A stretch of DNA of 64,000 nucleotides from positions 1-64,000 of the forward strand of contig QPMI01000039.1 of assembly GCA_004431415.1 (NCBI GenBank). The letters are read 5' to 3'. A program made the position numbers and the translations under genes. Shown here piece after piece: positions 35,909-48,900 of the stretch (its first letter is position 1; every line of letters starts with the position of its first letter). The notes under the pieces were generated by a model that had not been told where the DNA came from, made no database searches, and saw only the letters and a list, made by a program, of their open reading frames with translations. Source of the stretch: Cyanophora paradoxa CCMP329. Lineage: Eukaryota; Plantae; Glaucophyta.

Positions 35909-36944
35909 GAGCCCGAAGGGCCCAGGCCTAGGCCCAGGGACAGGGGCAGAGGGCAACCTTTTTCAAGTTTCAGCGCTCTAGTTAGCCTTAGTCTCTTGCA
36001 GGGTTCGCTTGAGCTCGTCCCCTCTTTTTTCGAAGCCTGTACATTTCTTTGCTTCCGCCTTCGCAGATTGTCGCTCGTGCAGTTTGAAGTGCAGCGTAAT
36101 TGATCCCTGTGCAACAGTCACCGAGTCGTGCAGCCGGCCGCAGGGTCTTGAGCAAATGGTTCCTTATAAGTAGACTCTCTTGTGTCAATTGTACAATGCC
36201 CGAACTCGAGGCGACAAATTCGGGGAGCCTCGGACGTACGGAGGATCCGGAGCCCTGGCCATGGGGGGGGGGGGGGGGGGGGGGGATTAATGACCTTGAT
36301 CATGATAATTGATATCGATCATGAGCTCGAGGGTCATGATATCGATCATGACCCCCCGGTACCCCGTGATCATGATCATGACGCTTAAAGCTCTGATCAT
36401 CGGATCATGATCATGAAATTGTTATATTATAAACAATTATTTCAACTGCAGCTGCCAGACTGATCGAGCTTCAAATATGACGATAAACACTGAATTCGGA
36501 GTGCCTTACACGTAGCTCTCGAAATCGACAGCTATCTTGAAAACATGGCACAAATGCAATCTACAATGAATACAAAATTGTTAGAGCTCGCAACACGTAT
36601 CATGAAGTACGTGTGCGCAACACCGCGCATGCCATGATGCGTATTCCCAGCCAGATGTTAACAGCCCAGCTGTTGCCCTAGCCTAAGACAAGCTATAGCT
36701 ACGTTCTACAGTAATCTACGAACTGGGCCTGGCTCACAAAGATCAGCGGATGTCGATTCCTCGTGTACACGCCAATCGTAAGTTAATTAGCTATTATAGT
36801 ATACGTATCTTGACGTATCACAGTACTGTTTGCTTAGTTGTTCTTATTCATTACTTTTTGTTTTCTGACGAGGGCGCTCGAGCTCGCGATGACGATCCCT
36901 CCCTGTAGCTGGGGCGCCCCGCGTGGATTCCAGTAGGGGGTTTG

Positions 36945-39900
36945 TCAGACCCAGAGCTGCGCGGGTCGGCTCATGATCAGCCTCTGCCCTGCCCCGCCCC
37001 GGCTCGGATCAAATTCAAGATCAAATCTCGCGCACGTGGTGGGCCTCCAGCGCCGCGGCGGGGAGCATGGCGACCAGCTGCCCGCGGCTCAGCGGCTCAT
37101 GTTACAAGTTACCCGTGAGTCACCGGGGGAGGGAGCGCACCTGGAAGGCGCGGGACGTCTCGCCCACCAGGCGCCCGAGCATCGGCTAAGTAAAGTAAAG
37201 TAAAATCAGTTAGAGCCGCGCGATCCGAATCCAGATAGTTCAATAAGAAAGGACCTTGAAGACAAAGAGGTAGAGGACAAGGAAGAAGGCGACGTCTGTT
37301 AACCGATCGTTCGTGTAAATATATAACTCGCCGGCGAAATTCGTTCGAATAAGAATCAGAGGTCGCAAACAAACGAACCGAGCACGAGGACGGCGGCGAT
37401 GACGGAGCGCAAAGAGCCGATCGTGCCCCGCGTCTCCGTGGCCACCTGGGGTGGGGAGAATGAGAAGCAGGATGGGGTGCACGTGCGTGCAAGCGCCCGT
37501 CGCATCGCCGGAGCCCAAGCTTAATGGAATGGGCCGAGGCAAGCTTAAGGCCCCGAGACTCGAAGGCGGGCGCGCGAGGGCGGCCCGGCACGGCCCGGAG
37601 CGCCGCCGCTCTCATTCTGGAGGGCCGGCGCCGCTTCTGTCTATGCGGAGGAGACTTCTAAGACGAGAGAAACACGCAGAGAAACACGGGGGAGGGCCCT
37701 CTGGCCCTTGGAAGGAGACGAAGCGGAGCTCGCGCTAAGAGAAGAAACGAAACGAAGCAAAACAAAGCGGGCACCAGGGTGGCGAGGCGGGCGAGGGCGG
37801 CCTGGAGCGCCGCCGCCCCGCCCCGCACGTGCCTCAGGTCGGCGTCCCCAAACGAGGCGGCGTCGGGCCAGCCCTCGTAGCGCGGCGCCCGCCCCGGCGC
37901 GACCGAGGCCGAGGACGAGGCCGAGGACGGGTACAGGAGCCCGTTCGTCTGCGCGGGCGCGCGCGTTGTTGAGCAGGGCGGGGCGGGGCGGGGCGGAAGC
38001 GGGGGGTACGGGGGCACGTTCAGGGTCCGGAGCGAGGCCTCGAGGTCTGGAACGCATCGGTCTGGAGTCAGAGCGATCTCTCGAGGACCGGAGGCAGGCA
38101 GGGGGGTACGCAATAAAGAGGGGGGTACGCGTGCGCACACGAGTTGAGGGAGAAGGTCAGCCCGCCGGCGCCGCTCCCGCGCAGGACCTTCACGCCCCGG
38201 CCCGCCTCAGGGATTCCGAGGAATTCGAAGGAAATTTGGAAATTCGGACCTCGTCGATCTCGGGGGAGCGGCGAATGGCGCCCGACGTACCCGTCGCCGG
38301 CCCCCCGAACTGCGAGAAAGGATTCAAATTCGAATTCGAATTCGAATCCAAACGGAAAGAAAGGGACCTTCACGGAGTCGAACAGGATGCGCGCCTCGCC
38401 GGCCGACGCGCGTACCCGCGCGGCGCTCGCCGTCCCATTGAAGCCCAGCACGCCGTCCCCGACGTCTAAAAATAGCACAGCGAAGGGCGCCCGGGAAATC
38501 AGACGGAGTGAGAGGAACTCTAATTATTATTTAAGCGGGCGAGTGAGACGGAGTGAGAGGAACTCTTGGGGCGCACAGGGCTCGCGGGCGAGGGTGGCGA
38601 TGGCGGCGACATGGGCGGAGACGCGGCCGGCGGCGGCGACCTCCGCCGCCGCGTTCTCGCTCCGCGAGGCCATCAGGAAGCACGCTGCGGCGCCGATGAT
38701 GCGACGCAACGCGACGGCAGCCGCGGTCAGGCCCATCCAAATTCAAAGCGGGGGTGGCGGGGGCGGGGGCGGGTCCGGCGGGGGCGGACCGAGGAAGGTG
38801 CCGGCGGCGACGAGGATGGTGGAGAGGAGGGCGAGGGCCACTCGGAAGCGAAGCCTCGCGAAGACCGCGCCCTAATAATAGCCTCCGGTCAGATAGATAG
38901 ATAGATAGCTATAGGCTCAGGGTTTCAGGACGGTCGTCGCACCTCGTCGGCCCCGCGGGGGCGGGCGCCGATGCCGAGCCAGTTGAGGAGGCTGCGCGGG
39001 GGTCGCGATCACGATCACGATCAGGCTTGCTTAAGCTTTGGCGCAGGATCGGGTCGCCCGGGGGACTTGCGATTGCGCACCTGCCCCGCCGCCCGAAGGT
39101 GGTACCCGTCTCGCCGCCCCGCGAGTCGCGCTGCACGAATTCGAGTGAGCGGGTCGTTGAGAACGCGGGCGGCACATTTCGCGAGGGGGCGTTTAAGGCG
39201 CGCACCGCGGTCGTGGCTCCGGTGGGGCTGTACCGCGGCACACCGGCGCCGGCGCCGGCGCCGGAGGCGGGCGACGGGAGGGCGAGGGGGCTGTCGGAGC
39301 GGCGCCGGGACGTCGCCTGCCCGGTCGGCTGGAGCGACAGGCGCGGACTGCCGCGGCCCACGGCCTGTCAGCTCGGAGGGGGCGCCAGCGCTTGCACGCC
39401 AGCTAGGCAGCAGATTGGGACGTAAAAGCAAAGTCTAAGCTGTTGTATCTCAGAGCTTAGACAAACGCATCGCGCCCGGATTCGAACCTGCTTCTTTGGG
39501 TGCTCACGAAGCGCGACTCGTCCACTTCCGGAACCACAGGGGCAGAGGGGTACCTGTCCCGCGAAGTCAGAACGCGATGCGAGGGGGCGCGTGGGGGGCG
39601 GCGCGCGCGGAGGCGCACCGCTGGCTCCTCCGAGGCCGCCGGCTCGTGGTCGCGTCGCCCGACTGCGCGTGCGTGCGGTCAGACGCGATGGCGCCTAGGG
39701 GCGGGGCGGGGCGGGGCGGGGCGGGGGCGCCTCCTCGGCGGCCGAGAGGTACGGCGAGCCGGAGCCGGGGCTCGGGTTGGAGTTGGAGGCGAGGGCGCGG
39801 CGCAGGTCCCGGTCCGACCCCGTCGACCGCCGCGCCATGACTCCCCGCGCGTGCTCGCTCGCTGCGGCGAGGCCGGGCGTGAGATCGAGCCAATTTGAAC

Positions 39901-42900
39901 TCAATTCGTTCGCACCGGCCTGGAGGCGGCGGATGGCGGAGGGGGCCTTCCCTGGGCCGAAGCTCTTCCTCTGCGAACGAAGTGAGGGGTACGGCAAAGG
40001 GGCGGCGCCTTCGATTCGGGTCGGGCCGGGCCGGGCGGACCGGGGCGGCGTCGGTCACGCTGGCGGGGCTGTCCCTGCCGGAGCCGGCGGCGCTCGCCGG
40101 CGCCGGCGGCGTGCCCGCGGAGCCGTGGCCAAACGCCGACTCGAAGGTCGCGCCGATGCCCCCGGGCCCGGGCCCCGGGGGGCGGCCCCGCTCCCCGTAC
40201 CCGTGGCTGGCGAGGGGCGCGGCGTTCGCGCCGAAGCCCAAGCCCGACCCCAACTCCGCGCCCGCCTGCGCCGACGCCGCCGTCGACGTCAGGGCGAGCT
40301 GAAAGGTTAGGGGGGGGGGGGGGGGGGTGATGCTGAAGGGGGTACCGCGAGGAACTGGATGGAGCTGGTGCCGGTGCTGGCCACGCTCAGCGCGGCGTGC
40401 AGCTGCTGCGCGAGCACGCCTCCGCCCTCTCCCTGGGGCCCGCCCTTGGCCAGGTCGGCCTCCACGTCCGGCCGCAGGCTCGAGAGGCCTGATCATGAGG
40501 GGAACGTTAACCCCAGCTCGAGAGCGCAAGGCGCGGGCTGGAGGCCTAGGGAGACTCGCCCGTGGCGGACACGAGGAAGGGGACGGAGCGCGGGGTGCGC
40601 GCGCCGGAGTGCGGCGGGGAGGAGGCGCCGGAGGTCGAGGGCAGCGTCCGCACGACCGCGGCGGATCCGGAGGCCGCCGGCTGCGGGCGCGGAGAAAGCG
40701 GCCGCGGGTCTGAGTCAGCCGGGCAGGCAGCATCAGGTGTCCCGGCGGCCTCACCTGCTCGTGGCCCGACGTCGACATCGACGCGGCGAGGCCGCGGCCG
40801 GCGCCCCCGCCCCCGCCCTCGAGATCGGGTTCGGGATCGCGATCGCCATCGGGGTCGGGGTCGCTCGCGATCGCCTGGGGCGGCAGCGCGAAGGCGGAGG
40901 CGCTGGTCTCGCCCTCGCGGTCGCTGGCCATGGGCGCCGGCACCACGCCGGGCGGCGACGGCGCCGGCGCCGGCGACTCGCGAGCGACGCGCGGCGGCGA
41001 TGGCGATTCGGGATCGACGGGCGCCGGCGACGGCGACTCGCGAGCGACGGGGAGCGACGTGACCTCCACCCGCCGCCGCCGCGCGCTCGAGCTCGCGCTC
41101 GAGCCGGGGTCCACCATCGCCGCCTCGTACCTCTGGCCCGCCTCGGGCAAGAGCCCCGCCAGGCCCTCCTCCATCATCGACACCGGCTCGAAGCGGCCGG
41201 GCCCCGGCCCCGGCCCCGGCCCCGGCCCCGGCCGCGCCTCCTCGCGACCGGCCGCCGCTTTCGGTACAGAGCCGAAGGGGTGCGCGGCCTCGGCGCCGGC
41301 CGGGGGCCCCCCGGGCTTGCCCCGCTGCTCGGGGCTCCCGAAGGCGTTCCCGGCGCCGTGGACGTAGACGTTGCGGTGCGCCTCCCGCCCCTCCCGCCCG
41401 TCCCTGCAGATCGACGGATACCAGGTGATTATGAGAAGGGCGAGGAAACAGTAGATTTCAACGGGAATCAAGAAGGGAGGGCCGCACCGCTCGTCGACGA
41501 TGTGGACGCGGGGCGAGTGCGGCGCGTCCTCCTCCTCGGCGTCGGAGCGCCCGAAGCGGGCCATGTCGTCCAGCCCCTCCATCTCCTCCTCCTCCTCCTC
41601 GCTCGAGTCCGCCACGACGAAGCGCAGCTGCGTCAACGTTGAAGGAGTTCGATTTGATCCAACTTTCAGCGGCGGCGAAGGGTGTCTGTCACCTGTGAGT
41701 AGTGGCGGGCGGCCAGGCGGGCCACCTGTAAACGTTCCCGGGAAGGTTAGACCGGGGGGGGGGGGGGGGGGGGTGTAGAGGGGGTACGTATACGCATAAC
41801 GGACACAAGCGCACCGGGTACGGGATGCGCAGGATCACTTCGGAGAGGTTCAGCTGGGCGGGAAAGATCAGCGGAAATCAGGGGATTTCAGCCGCGCGGC
41901 GGTGCGGGCAGATGCATATATGCCTTCTTTTGGACGACGCGGTCTACCAGCGGCCGAAACTGCGCGCGCGCGCGCGCGCCCGACATCAGACGCAGTGCAT
42001 CGTCGGAATTCGAACGACCTCAGACCAACTAACCACGGCAAAGGCGAAGGCAACGGCTAGGACGCAGATGGTCACGAGGAGGGCGATGAAGACGTCGTTC
42101 GCGGTGCGGAGCTGCTGCTGGAAGTGGGCGCGGTAGCCCTCCAGCAGGGCGGCCAGGCCCCCGAGCAGGGCGTTGAGGCCCATCTGCAGAGCAAAGCGAA
42201 GCAGACGCAGTCAAGACGGAGCCATGACAAATAGCTACGTATAGTTTGCGGGCGATTCATAGATAGATACATAGACTACAGAGTCGCTGTTCACAGAGTC
42301 GCAAAGCGACGTCGACGCACGTCGGCGACGAAGCGGAAGTCGGGCGAGGTCGCGGCGGCGGCAGCCGGCAGCGCCGGGAGGAGCTGGGCCTGCGCAGCTT
42401 TCCAATGAGACTTCGAGATCGACCTCGGCCTCGAGTCTACCGCGATATTTCAAGAAAGCGCTTCCATCTTAAAGAGGTTTCGATTTTCCTATAGCTATCT
42501 TCTTAAGCGGATGGAGGCATCAAGCTATCTTCTTCTTAGCTTCTAGATCTTCTATCAAATGTGTACAAGGCATCAAGGCATCAAGGTTTCTATTTTCCTA
42601 TCTAGATCTTCTTAAGCGGATGGAGAAAGCGTTTCCATCTTAATGGAGTCAAATTAAATGTGGGAGAGGCGCGCCTTGGCGACGAGGAGGGCGACGGCGT
42701 CCCAGACGGCGGCCTGGCGCGTGACGGCGGAGGCCGGCGAGCGGGGGCCGGCGGGGAGGTAGCTCGCCTCCTCCACGAGCGTCCCCTCCCACAGGCGGCC
42801 CGTCAGGTCCCCGTTGTCGTACAGCCGCTGCGGGAGGACCATCGGATTCGGTCGGAATCGGGTCGGAATCGGGTCGGACTCGGGTCGGAATCGGGTCGAA

Positions 42901-45900
42901 ATCGGGTCGGAATCGGGTTGGTCGGTCGTCGCTTTATAATATCGCTTATTTGAGTGAGGCCACGGATTTGCAGCGGCACCTTGGAGGCGTCAAGCAGCTC
43001 CGTCGCGTGGAGGCGGAGCGCGGCGAGCGCGTCGGCCGCCGTCGTCACGTTCAGCGGGTCGGGCGGCGCCGCCGACGCCGCGTCCCGCGAGGGCGGCGGG
43101 GAGGAGGAGGCGGCGAGGACGGCGGAGCGGGCCGAGTCGACGACGGCGATTGCGCTCCGCGGCTGCCGATGCGGCCGTCAGCTCGCGCGGCGGAGGGGCT
43201 GGGTTTAAATTACGTCGGGGGAGCCAGAGGCGCTCTAAATTAACAAAAGCTCGCGCTATAGATAAAGCTCGCGCGCTCGGTGGATGTAACTAGAGACTTC
43301 GACAACGCTCTAGAGAGAAAAATCGCTCTAAAAAACTTGAAATAGACGTCGACGCTCTTAAATAAATACGCTCTACTTAGAGCGTTCGAGGGAGCACCAG
43401 GAAGGCGGACGCCGCTATCTCGTCGAGGGAAAAGTCCTGAGGGAGGGAGAGGTCGCTCGCTGTGAGCAGCAGAGCGGAGCGGAGCAGAGTGCGCTGAGCG
43501 GGATGCGCTAAGCAGTTGGCTAGGCCCAGAGGCGCCCCAAGCAGAGAGGGACAGGCCCGTACGGCACCGTAGGGCGGCGGCAAGCGGGTGCCATTACGTA
43601 CACAGCAGGCGCAGAGCCAGCGTAAGACAGAGAGAACAAGAGAACAAGGACGTCGACAGACAGCAAGCGAGCGCCGCGCAGGGCAAGCGAGGGCCCAGGG
43701 CTAAAATAAGCGGGCCAGTTGGCAACAACGTGGCACCAGGAATAGCAGGCTACAAAGGGTACAAGGCAAGGCAAGCTGCCGGCTTAGAGCCGACGACCAG
43801 GGCTAGCTGGGAGTCGGAAAGTGGGCGGCACACGCTTCCCGCTACAAAAAGCCGTCCTCGGCGCTACGAGCTAAAGGCTGAACTAAAGCTGCGTAGGCGA
43901 GGCTGAACGGACTACGAGCCAAAAGCCGGCTACCGTCCCTGCACAGAAAGCCGTCCTCGGCGCCACAGCGGGCGGGCCAGAGGGGCAAATTAAAATCCAT
44001 CAGGCCGTCGGCACCAGTATGAGGAACTGGGCCCAACAAGGGAAGTTGGGTGAGGGACCCACGACCTGACGCCAGAGCGCGCGGAGCGCCGCCAGCCAAC
44101 CGGGGGCAAACCCTCTAAATCCCGCCGGAAGGGAAAACGAGTGCTAGCGCTAGCACTAAGCTCGAATTCGAAGCCGGCGCCGCGCCACACGAGCCGCCGG
44201 GCCGCGGCGGCGCCGGGTCGAAAGTTCCACAGTGTAGAAGGTACTTGACGTAGAGTGTAGTAGTGTAGGACCGCAGGCTCGATCAGCAGAGCCGCAGCGG
44301 TAGAGTACGCGTTGCGGGCCAAGCTCGGCGCAGCTTGCCGCATTGCGTTGCCAAGTGACTCGGCCGGCGGAGTCACAAGGCGGGGCGATCGGTCAGCACA
44401 GTAGAGTGTGCAGCCGCGTACGCGTAGAGCAGGCAAGCCATGAAGAGTAGAGGCGGCGAGCCAGTCGTACGGGGTCAGGCTCCGCAGCAGCAGCAGGCCA
44501 CTGGTCGCATCATACAGACCCATCGCCAAGGATCCTCCACGATCGGACGGGATGGGATACAGCCATCGAGTCCGCCAGCGTACGCAGATGCAGCGCGTAG
44601 CCGGGGCTTAGGCAGGCCACCATCGCGGGACAGGAGACAGCATCAGCGCGGCCCGGAATGATCATCGGTGCTCGCGTGATAGTCGTAGGCAAGACGTATG
44701 GACCTCTCAGCAGCGGAGAGTCGCAAGCGGAGGCTTGGTCGGAATCACCCGGACTAGAGCGCCGGTGCGTGCTGGCTTGGTCAGCGTGGAATCACCCACA
44801 GCTAAGCAGACCGAAACAGCGCTGGCGTCCAGCTGGCATCACCCAGCTGCCAGGTTCAACCGATGCACGGGAATCACCGACGGGCCGACGCAGTCGACGC
44901 GCGAACGTGAAGACTGGTCGCGGGGCATCACCCAGTGCTGCTTGCTGACGCTCCTCAACAGACAGGTCCGCTGTCCGCCGTCCAACTTTAGCTATGGCTG
45001 CTCACGTCGTCGTAGGACGTTCCAGAGCGCATCCTTTACGCTTCTGTTGACCTCCGCCCGCCGGACAGGCCTCGGTCAGACCTCCGCCCGCTGAACAGGC
45101 CTCGGTCGCTGATCAAACGCCCACGACAGGAAGAAAACGACAGTTCGCACACGCTTGAGATGTGCGTGAAGCGACTGACATCTGGCTTGACGAGCTGGAC
45201 GTCCCGGAGAAGGGCAGCTACGTCGTCGGAGCCAGGGCAAGGTCTTGGCATCTTGTCTGCCGACTAGGTGCGACAGTGCGCCCGGTAGGCTTGACAACAG
45301 ATAGATGCGCTTCCTCGCATAGAGATCGCTGTCAAGTGGAGCTGCGCCGGCTTCCACTGACGCGTACGCAACCCGCAGAGCCGAGAGAGACGCGGAGCCG
45401 CACGTCCTCTGGATGCAGGGTGGAGTCAAGTGGAGTGATCCTCACGAGGGATGCCACTCGCCGCCGCTGAGCGTGCCTCGGGAGGTCCGCAGGCGCCACT
45501 GCAGCCGTCGTAGGTGAGACCTCGGGCGCGTACTGGGGCCTTGTTATCCCAGGGGCTTTCACGTCGCAGCGGTTTGACTGGCAGCAGCCCCCATGCGCTG
45601 AGCGGGATGCGCTAAGCAGTTGGCTAGGCCCAGAGGCGCCCCAAGCAGAGAGGGACAGGCCCGTACGGCACCGTAGGGCGGCGGCAAGCGGGTGCCATTA
45701 CGTACACAGCAGGCGCAGAGCCAGCGTAAGACAGCAAGTAACAGGTACAGCGTAAGACAGTAAGTACAGAGAACAGGGACGAGAACGACAGCCAGCAAGC
45801 GAGCGCCGCGCAGGGCAAGCGAGGGCCCAGGGCTAAAATAAGCGGGCCAGTTGGCAACAACGTGGCACCAGGAATAGCAGGCTACAAAGGGTACAAGGCA

Positions 45901-48900
45901 AGGCAAGCTGCCGGCTTAGAGCCGACGACCAGGGCTAGCTGGGAGTCGGAAAGTGGGCGGCACACGCTTCCCGCTACAAAAAGCCGTCCTCGGCGCTACG
46001 AGCTAAAGGCTGAACTAAAGCTGCGTAGGCGAGGCTGAACGGACTACGAGCCAAAAGCCGGCTACCGTCCCTGCACAGAAAGCCGTCCTCGGCGCCACAG
46101 CGGGCGGGCCAGAGGGGCAAATTAAAATCCATCAGGCCGTCGGCACCAGTATGAGGAACTGGGCCCAACAAGGGAAGTTGGGTGAGGGACCCACGACCTG
46201 ACGCCAGAGCGCGCGGAGCGCCGCCAGCCAACCGGGGGCAAACCCTCTAAATCCCGCCGGAAGGGAAAACGAGTGCTAGCGCTAGCACTAAGCTCGAATT
46301 CGAAGCCGGCGCCGCGCCACACGAGCCGCCGTGCGCTGAGCGGGATGCGCTAAGCAGTTGGCTAGGCCCAGAGGCGCCCCAAGCAGAGAGGGACAGGCCC
46401 GTACGGCACCGTAGGGCGGCGGCAAGCGGGTGCCATTACGTACACAGCAGGCGCAGAGCCAGCGTAAGACAGAGAGAACAAGAGAACAAGGACGTCGACA
46501 GACAGCAAGCGAGCGCCGCGCAGGGCAAGCGAGGGCCCAGGGCTAAAATAAGCGGGCCAGTTGGCAACAACGTGGCACCAGGAATAGCAGGCTACAAAGG
46601 GTACAAGGCAAGGCAAGCTGCCGGCTTAGAGCCGACGACCAGGGCTAGCTGGGAGTCGGAAAGTGGGCGGCACACGCTTCCCGCTACAAAAAGCCGTCCT
46701 CGGCGCTACGAGCTAAAGGCTGAACTAAAGCTGCGTAGGCGAGGCTGAACGGACTACGAGCCACTGGGCCAAAAGCCGGCTACCGTCCCTGCACAGAAAG
46801 CCGTCCTCGGCGCCACAGCGGGCGGGCCAGAGGGGCAAATTAAAATCCATCAGGCCGTCGGCACCAGTATGAGGAACTGGGCCCAACAAGGAAAGTTGGG
46901 TGAGGGACCCACGACCTGACGCCAGAGCGCGCGGAGCGCCGCCAGCCAACCGGGGGCAAACCCTCTAAATCCCGCCGGAGGGGAAAACGAGTGCTAGCGC
47001 TAGCACTAAGCTCGAATTCGAAACCGGCGCCGCGCCGCAAGCCGCCGGGCTGCGGCGGCGCCGGGTCGAAAGTTCCACAGTGTAGAAGGTACTTGATGTA
47101 GAATGTAGGAGTGTAGGACCGCAGGCTCGATCAGCAGAGCCGCAGCGGCAGAGTACGCGTTGCGGGCCAAGCTCGGCGCAGCTTGCCGCATTGCGTTGCC
47201 AAGTGACTCGGCCGGCGGAGTCACAAGGCGGGGCGATCGGACAGCACAGTAGAGTGTGCAGCCGCGTACGCGTAGAGCAGGCAAGCCATGAAGAGTAGAG
47301 GCGGCGAGCCAGTCGTACGGGGTCAGGCTCCGCAGCAGCAGCAGGCCACTGGTCGCATCATACAGACCCATCGCCAAGGATCTTCCACGATCAGACGGGA
47401 TGGCAAACCACGGATACAGCCATCGAGTCCGCCGGCGTACGCAGATGCAGCGCGTAGCCGGGGCTTAGGCAGGCCACCATCGCGGGACAGGAGACAGCAT
47501 CAGCGCGGCCCGGGATGATCATCGGTGCTCGCGTGATAGTCGTAGGCAGGACGTATGGACCTCTCAGCAGCGGAGAGTCGCAAGCGGAGGCTTGGTCGGA
47601 AGCACCCGGACTAGAGCGCCGGTGCGTGCTGGCTTGGTCAGCGTGGAATCACCCACAGCTAAGCAGACCGAAACAGCGCTGGCGTCCAGCTGGAATCACC
47701 CAGCTGCCAGGTTCAACCGAAGCACGGGAATCACCCAACGGGCCGACGCAGTCGACGCGCGAGCGTGAAGACTGGTCGCGGGGCATCACCCAGTGCTGCT
47801 TGCTGACGCTCTTCAACAGACAGGTCCGCTGTCCGCCGTCCAACTTTAGCTATGGCTGCTCACGTCGTCGTAGGACGTTCCAGAGCGCATTCTTTACGCT
47901 TCTGTTGACCTTCGCCCGCCGGACAGGCCTCGGTCAGACCTCCGCCCGCTGAACAGGCCTCGGTCGCTGATCAAACGCCCCCGACAGGAAGAAAACGACA
48001 GTTCGCACACGCTTGAGATGTGCGTGAAGCGACTGACATCTGGCTTGACGAGCTGGACGTCCCGGAGAAGGGCAGCTACGTCGTCGGAGCCAGGGCAAGG
48101 TCTTGGCATCTTGTCTGCCGACTAGGTGCGACAGTGCGCCCGGTAGGCTTGACAACAGATAGATGCGCTTCCTCGCATAGAGATCGCTGTCAAGTGGAGC
48201 TGCGCCGGCTTCCACTGACGCGTACGCAACCCGCAGAGCCGAGAGAGACGCGGAGCCGCACGTCCTCTGGATGCAGGGTGGAGTCAAGTGGAGTGATCCT
48301 CACGAGGGATGCCACTCGCCGCCGCTGAGCGTGCCTCGGGAGGTCCGCAGGCGCCACTGCAGCCGTCGTAGGTGAGACCTCGGGCGCGTACTGGGGCCTT
48401 GTTATCCCAGGGGCTTTCACGTCGCAGCGGTTTGACTCCATGCGTTCTTCAGATACACTCGCCACCATTGAGCGTGCCTCGGGCTAGCCGGAGGTGCCAT
48501 CGCAGCCGTCGTAGGTGAGACCTCGGGCGCGGACTGGGGCCATGTTATCCCAGGGCATTCACGTCTTGGCGGGCTGACTCTGTACTTTCTGCAGAGAGCA
48601 AAGATTGGTTGACTGGCGCTTCATAGCTGCCTTGCGAGCCTGGCATGTCACGAGCATGCGGGCAACTCGACAAAACAAGACGACGACGAAAAGAAGGTAT
48701 GTTTGTGAAGAATACTCAGTCAGGCAGCTTTAATCATCATACGTCTCACTGCACGTGGACCAGGGAAGAAACGACATGCCACGACGACAACAAGATCATC
48801 ATTCGATCGGCGTCAACACGCAATTCGATCGTAATGACGACGTGTGTAGATGTAGAGGGTGTTGCTCCACATACAATACATTTAGTAGTACGTTGTGGTG

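Noticed and set aside
39433-39462. 9-bp-stem hairpin GTCTAAGCT/AGCTTAGAC followed by T-rich sequence on the minus strand (terminator-like)
   Set aside because: Lies inside a eukaryotic intron; too short to assign a function.
39468-39545. tRNA/SINE-like B-box GGTTCGAATCC on the minus strand
   Set aside because: No cloverleaf (T-stem mismatched, no acceptor stem). It coincides with an in-frame exon end and donor (…FVSTQRS AG|GTTCGA) of the TmcB-like gene.
42455-42645. Direct repeats (TCTTCTTAAGCGGATGGAG twice) in an AT-richer intron
   Set aside because: Looks like a local duplication, with no TIR/TSD structure to support an element call.
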